From positions 1 through 59,509 of the forward strand of contig JAKBBU010000005.1 in the NCBI GenBank assembly GCA_021808365.1: a stretch of 59,509 nt of DNA. Reading direction: 5' to 3'. The position numbers and the translations under genes are program-made. Source of the DNA: Pseudomonadota bacterium. Its GTDB lineage: Bacteria > Pseudomonadota > Gammaproteobacteria > JAKBBU01. Below are positions 58,033 through 59,509 of this stretch, in pieces; position 1 is the stretch's first letter, and each line of letters opens with the position of its first letter. Below the pieces are notes generated by a model. That model was not told where the DNA came from, searched no databases, and worked only from the letters and a program-made list of their open reading frames with translations.

Positions 58033-58112
58033 AGAGTAGAGTTTAGTTGCAGTTCTTAATAAAATAGTATATACTACAAATGTAGCGTTTTACTACTTTT
58101 GAGAGAAAAATC

Positions 58113-58337
58113 ATGGGTGTTCCTATTCGAATCAGCGAGGTCGTTTATGAAGATGCCAGGCGGGTTGCTTCTTCCGAGTGTCGCTCCATTCCTCATCAAA
58201 TTGAATTTTGGGCGCGGATAGGTAAATGTGCCCTAGATAATCCTGAACTTCCAATAGAGTTCGTTCGGGATGTTTTGATTTCAAAAAATCAAGATCGTGT
58301 TCTAGCTGAACCATTTGAGTTCGACGATGATCATTGA
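58113..58337 (+). CDS. ParD-like family antitoxin
   Basis: RSIPHQIEFWARIGK...DNPELP; operator-like CTACA-AA-TGTAG at 58074-58085. Confidence 0.85.
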   Translation: MGVPIRISEVVYEDARRVASSECRSIPHQIEFWARIGKCALDNPELPIEFVRDVLISKNQDRVLAEPFEFDDDH

Positions 58338-58593
58338 TCAAATGCCTCTATTCAAGAAAGCTTATAAAAAGCTTCATCGTGTTCAGAAGAAAAAAGTCGG
58401 CGATGCTATTCGTTTGATTATTGAGTATCCTGAGAAAGGCCAAGAAAAAAAAGGCGATTTGGCAGGTGTCCGTGTCCATAAGTTCAAGATCAATACGCAA
58501 GAGTTTTTATTGGCTTATGAATATTCTGCAGAGCGGATTTTACTTCTTGCTATAGGATCGCATGAGAATTTTTATCGTGATTTAAAAAGATAA
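58315..58593 (+). CDS. RelE/ParE family toxin
   Basis: FKKAYKKL, KKGDLAGVRVHKF, IGSHENFYRDL; start may be 58327. Confidence 0.88.
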   Translation: MSSTMIIDQMPLFKKAYKKLHRVQKKKVGDAIRLIIEYPEKGQEKKGDLAGVRVHKFKINTQEFLLAYEYSAERILLLAIGSHENFYRDLKR

Positions 58594-58700
58594 AAGATTT
58601 TTCGTAATAGCTCAGTCGGGATGGTGAAGTTAAGAGAACGTTCAATTTTGAGCTCAGGTTGGACGAAAAATTATGGTTTTAATACCACGAACCCCTCTTC

Positions 58701-58787
58701 TATGCTCAACATGACTATTATTGTATAATGAGCATAAAAATAAGTCAATAATTTATGCTCAAAACGGAATAAAAGCGATAATGAGCA
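58701..58787. promoter_or_regulatory. Tandem operator-like sites overlapping an orphan minus-strand promoter
   Basis: Two copies of TATGCTCAA-N15-ATAATGAGCA, 53 bp apart; TTGACT-17-TACAAT on the minus strand. Confidence 0.55.
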
Positions 58788-58804
58788 GTAACCTTTCTAT
58801 AGCC

Positions 58805-59416
58805 TTAAGGAGTTGCAATCGTCGAGGCTAATTCAACGTTGGCGGTCAACGTTACTTTTTGGCTCACACTTGTGTTCTGAGCTTGAGCAGCAGGTGTTGC
58901 CACTGTCATCATGTTCATCTTCATCATCGGTTGTGGGGCAACACCATCAGGCATGAAATTAACTTTGTGAACATAAAACATTTGAGGCGCAAAGGTCTTA
59001 TTCAATGAAGCCATTTCAGCCTGAACTTTCGCATAAAGATCGGCACGCAACGCTGCTTGAGCATTTTGAATTTCAGCCTGGGTGGGTGTGTATTCAATAC
59101 TGGCAATTTGATATTTCAAGCCTGGCTTGGTCAATGCTTCGGTTTTCCCTCGGATATTAACTACATCCGCTGGGCTTAATCGACTTTCAGCTAACACTTC
59201 AACTCTTTCAAGTCCTGATTGATCTTGCGTGCGTGAAAAATTAGTAATTTGCCAATTGACATTGGCCAGCGATTTTAAACTTGCAGTCAATTCTGGATCC
59301 AAATCATTAAGGCCTTTCTGATTTAAACTCGCATCAATTTGTATCGTGACTTTTGCTGTTTGTGTGACGATCCATTTTTCATCTGAGATTTGATAGTGAA
59401 TGGTATTTAGTGCCTG
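58805..59416 (-). pseudogene. SIMPL-like periplasmic protein lacking its 5' end, probably interrupted
   Basis: Frame stays open upstream of the listed start (LNTIHYQISDEKWIVTQTAKVTIQIDA) but has no ATG or signal peptide before a stop at 59474-59476. Confidence 0.55.
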
Positions 59417-59417
59417 A

Positions 59418-59509
59418 CAGGAAACCCGAATTAAGTCGAAAATACCGCTAAATTTTGAAGTTTTCAGCTTTTTTCAAAGGTCGAAGATGTTGCTGAAAAT
59501 AGCCATTTT
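59418..59509. mobile_element. Possible insertion-sequence end at the window edge
   Basis: CAGGAAACCCGAATTAAG begins where the protein-like sequence stops; the partner end is not visible. Confidence 0.35.

Noticed and set aside
58701-58787. Two repeat units considered as a mini-CRISPR
   Set aside because: There are only two bipartite units with short conserved halves, which fits operator sites better.

Overview
This is a chromosomal segment of a gammaproteobacterium that looks Legionellales/Coxiellales-like. That placement is an inference from AT-rich orphan and ankyrin genes between housekeeping operons, PmrA-like boxes, no ispE before tRNA-Gln-prs, a non-discriminating AspRS and a SAM-II riboswitch before metNIQ. 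Core genes: an ABC-F ATPase, a MoxR/DUF58/vWA/TPR (Bat-like) operon, tRNA-Gln-prs-rplY-pth-ychF, cca, dsbB, rplM-rpsI, hemF, aspS-yebC-ffh, ybaB-recR-GST, metNIQ and fnr-cydABX-cydDC. Accessory genes: several candidate secreted effectors (including an ankyrin protein with a possible cysteine-protease triad, a multi-TM protein and a 2657-aa orphan), a GH18 chitinase and three type II toxin-antitoxin loci, one of them decayed. The most striking unannotated signal is in the intergenic DNA, which is unusually rich in long palindromes. Two homologous perfect hairpins (57-164 and 11518-11605) share a core, yet their arms have diverged in a fully compensated way. There is also a 45-bp perfect hairpin before the chitinase, two REP-like families, an ISAs1-like MITE with a 10-bp target duplication and a nested REP-like palindrome, and a TGT...ACA mini-element carrying a dead vapBC. 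All alignments were made by eye and no database searches were run.
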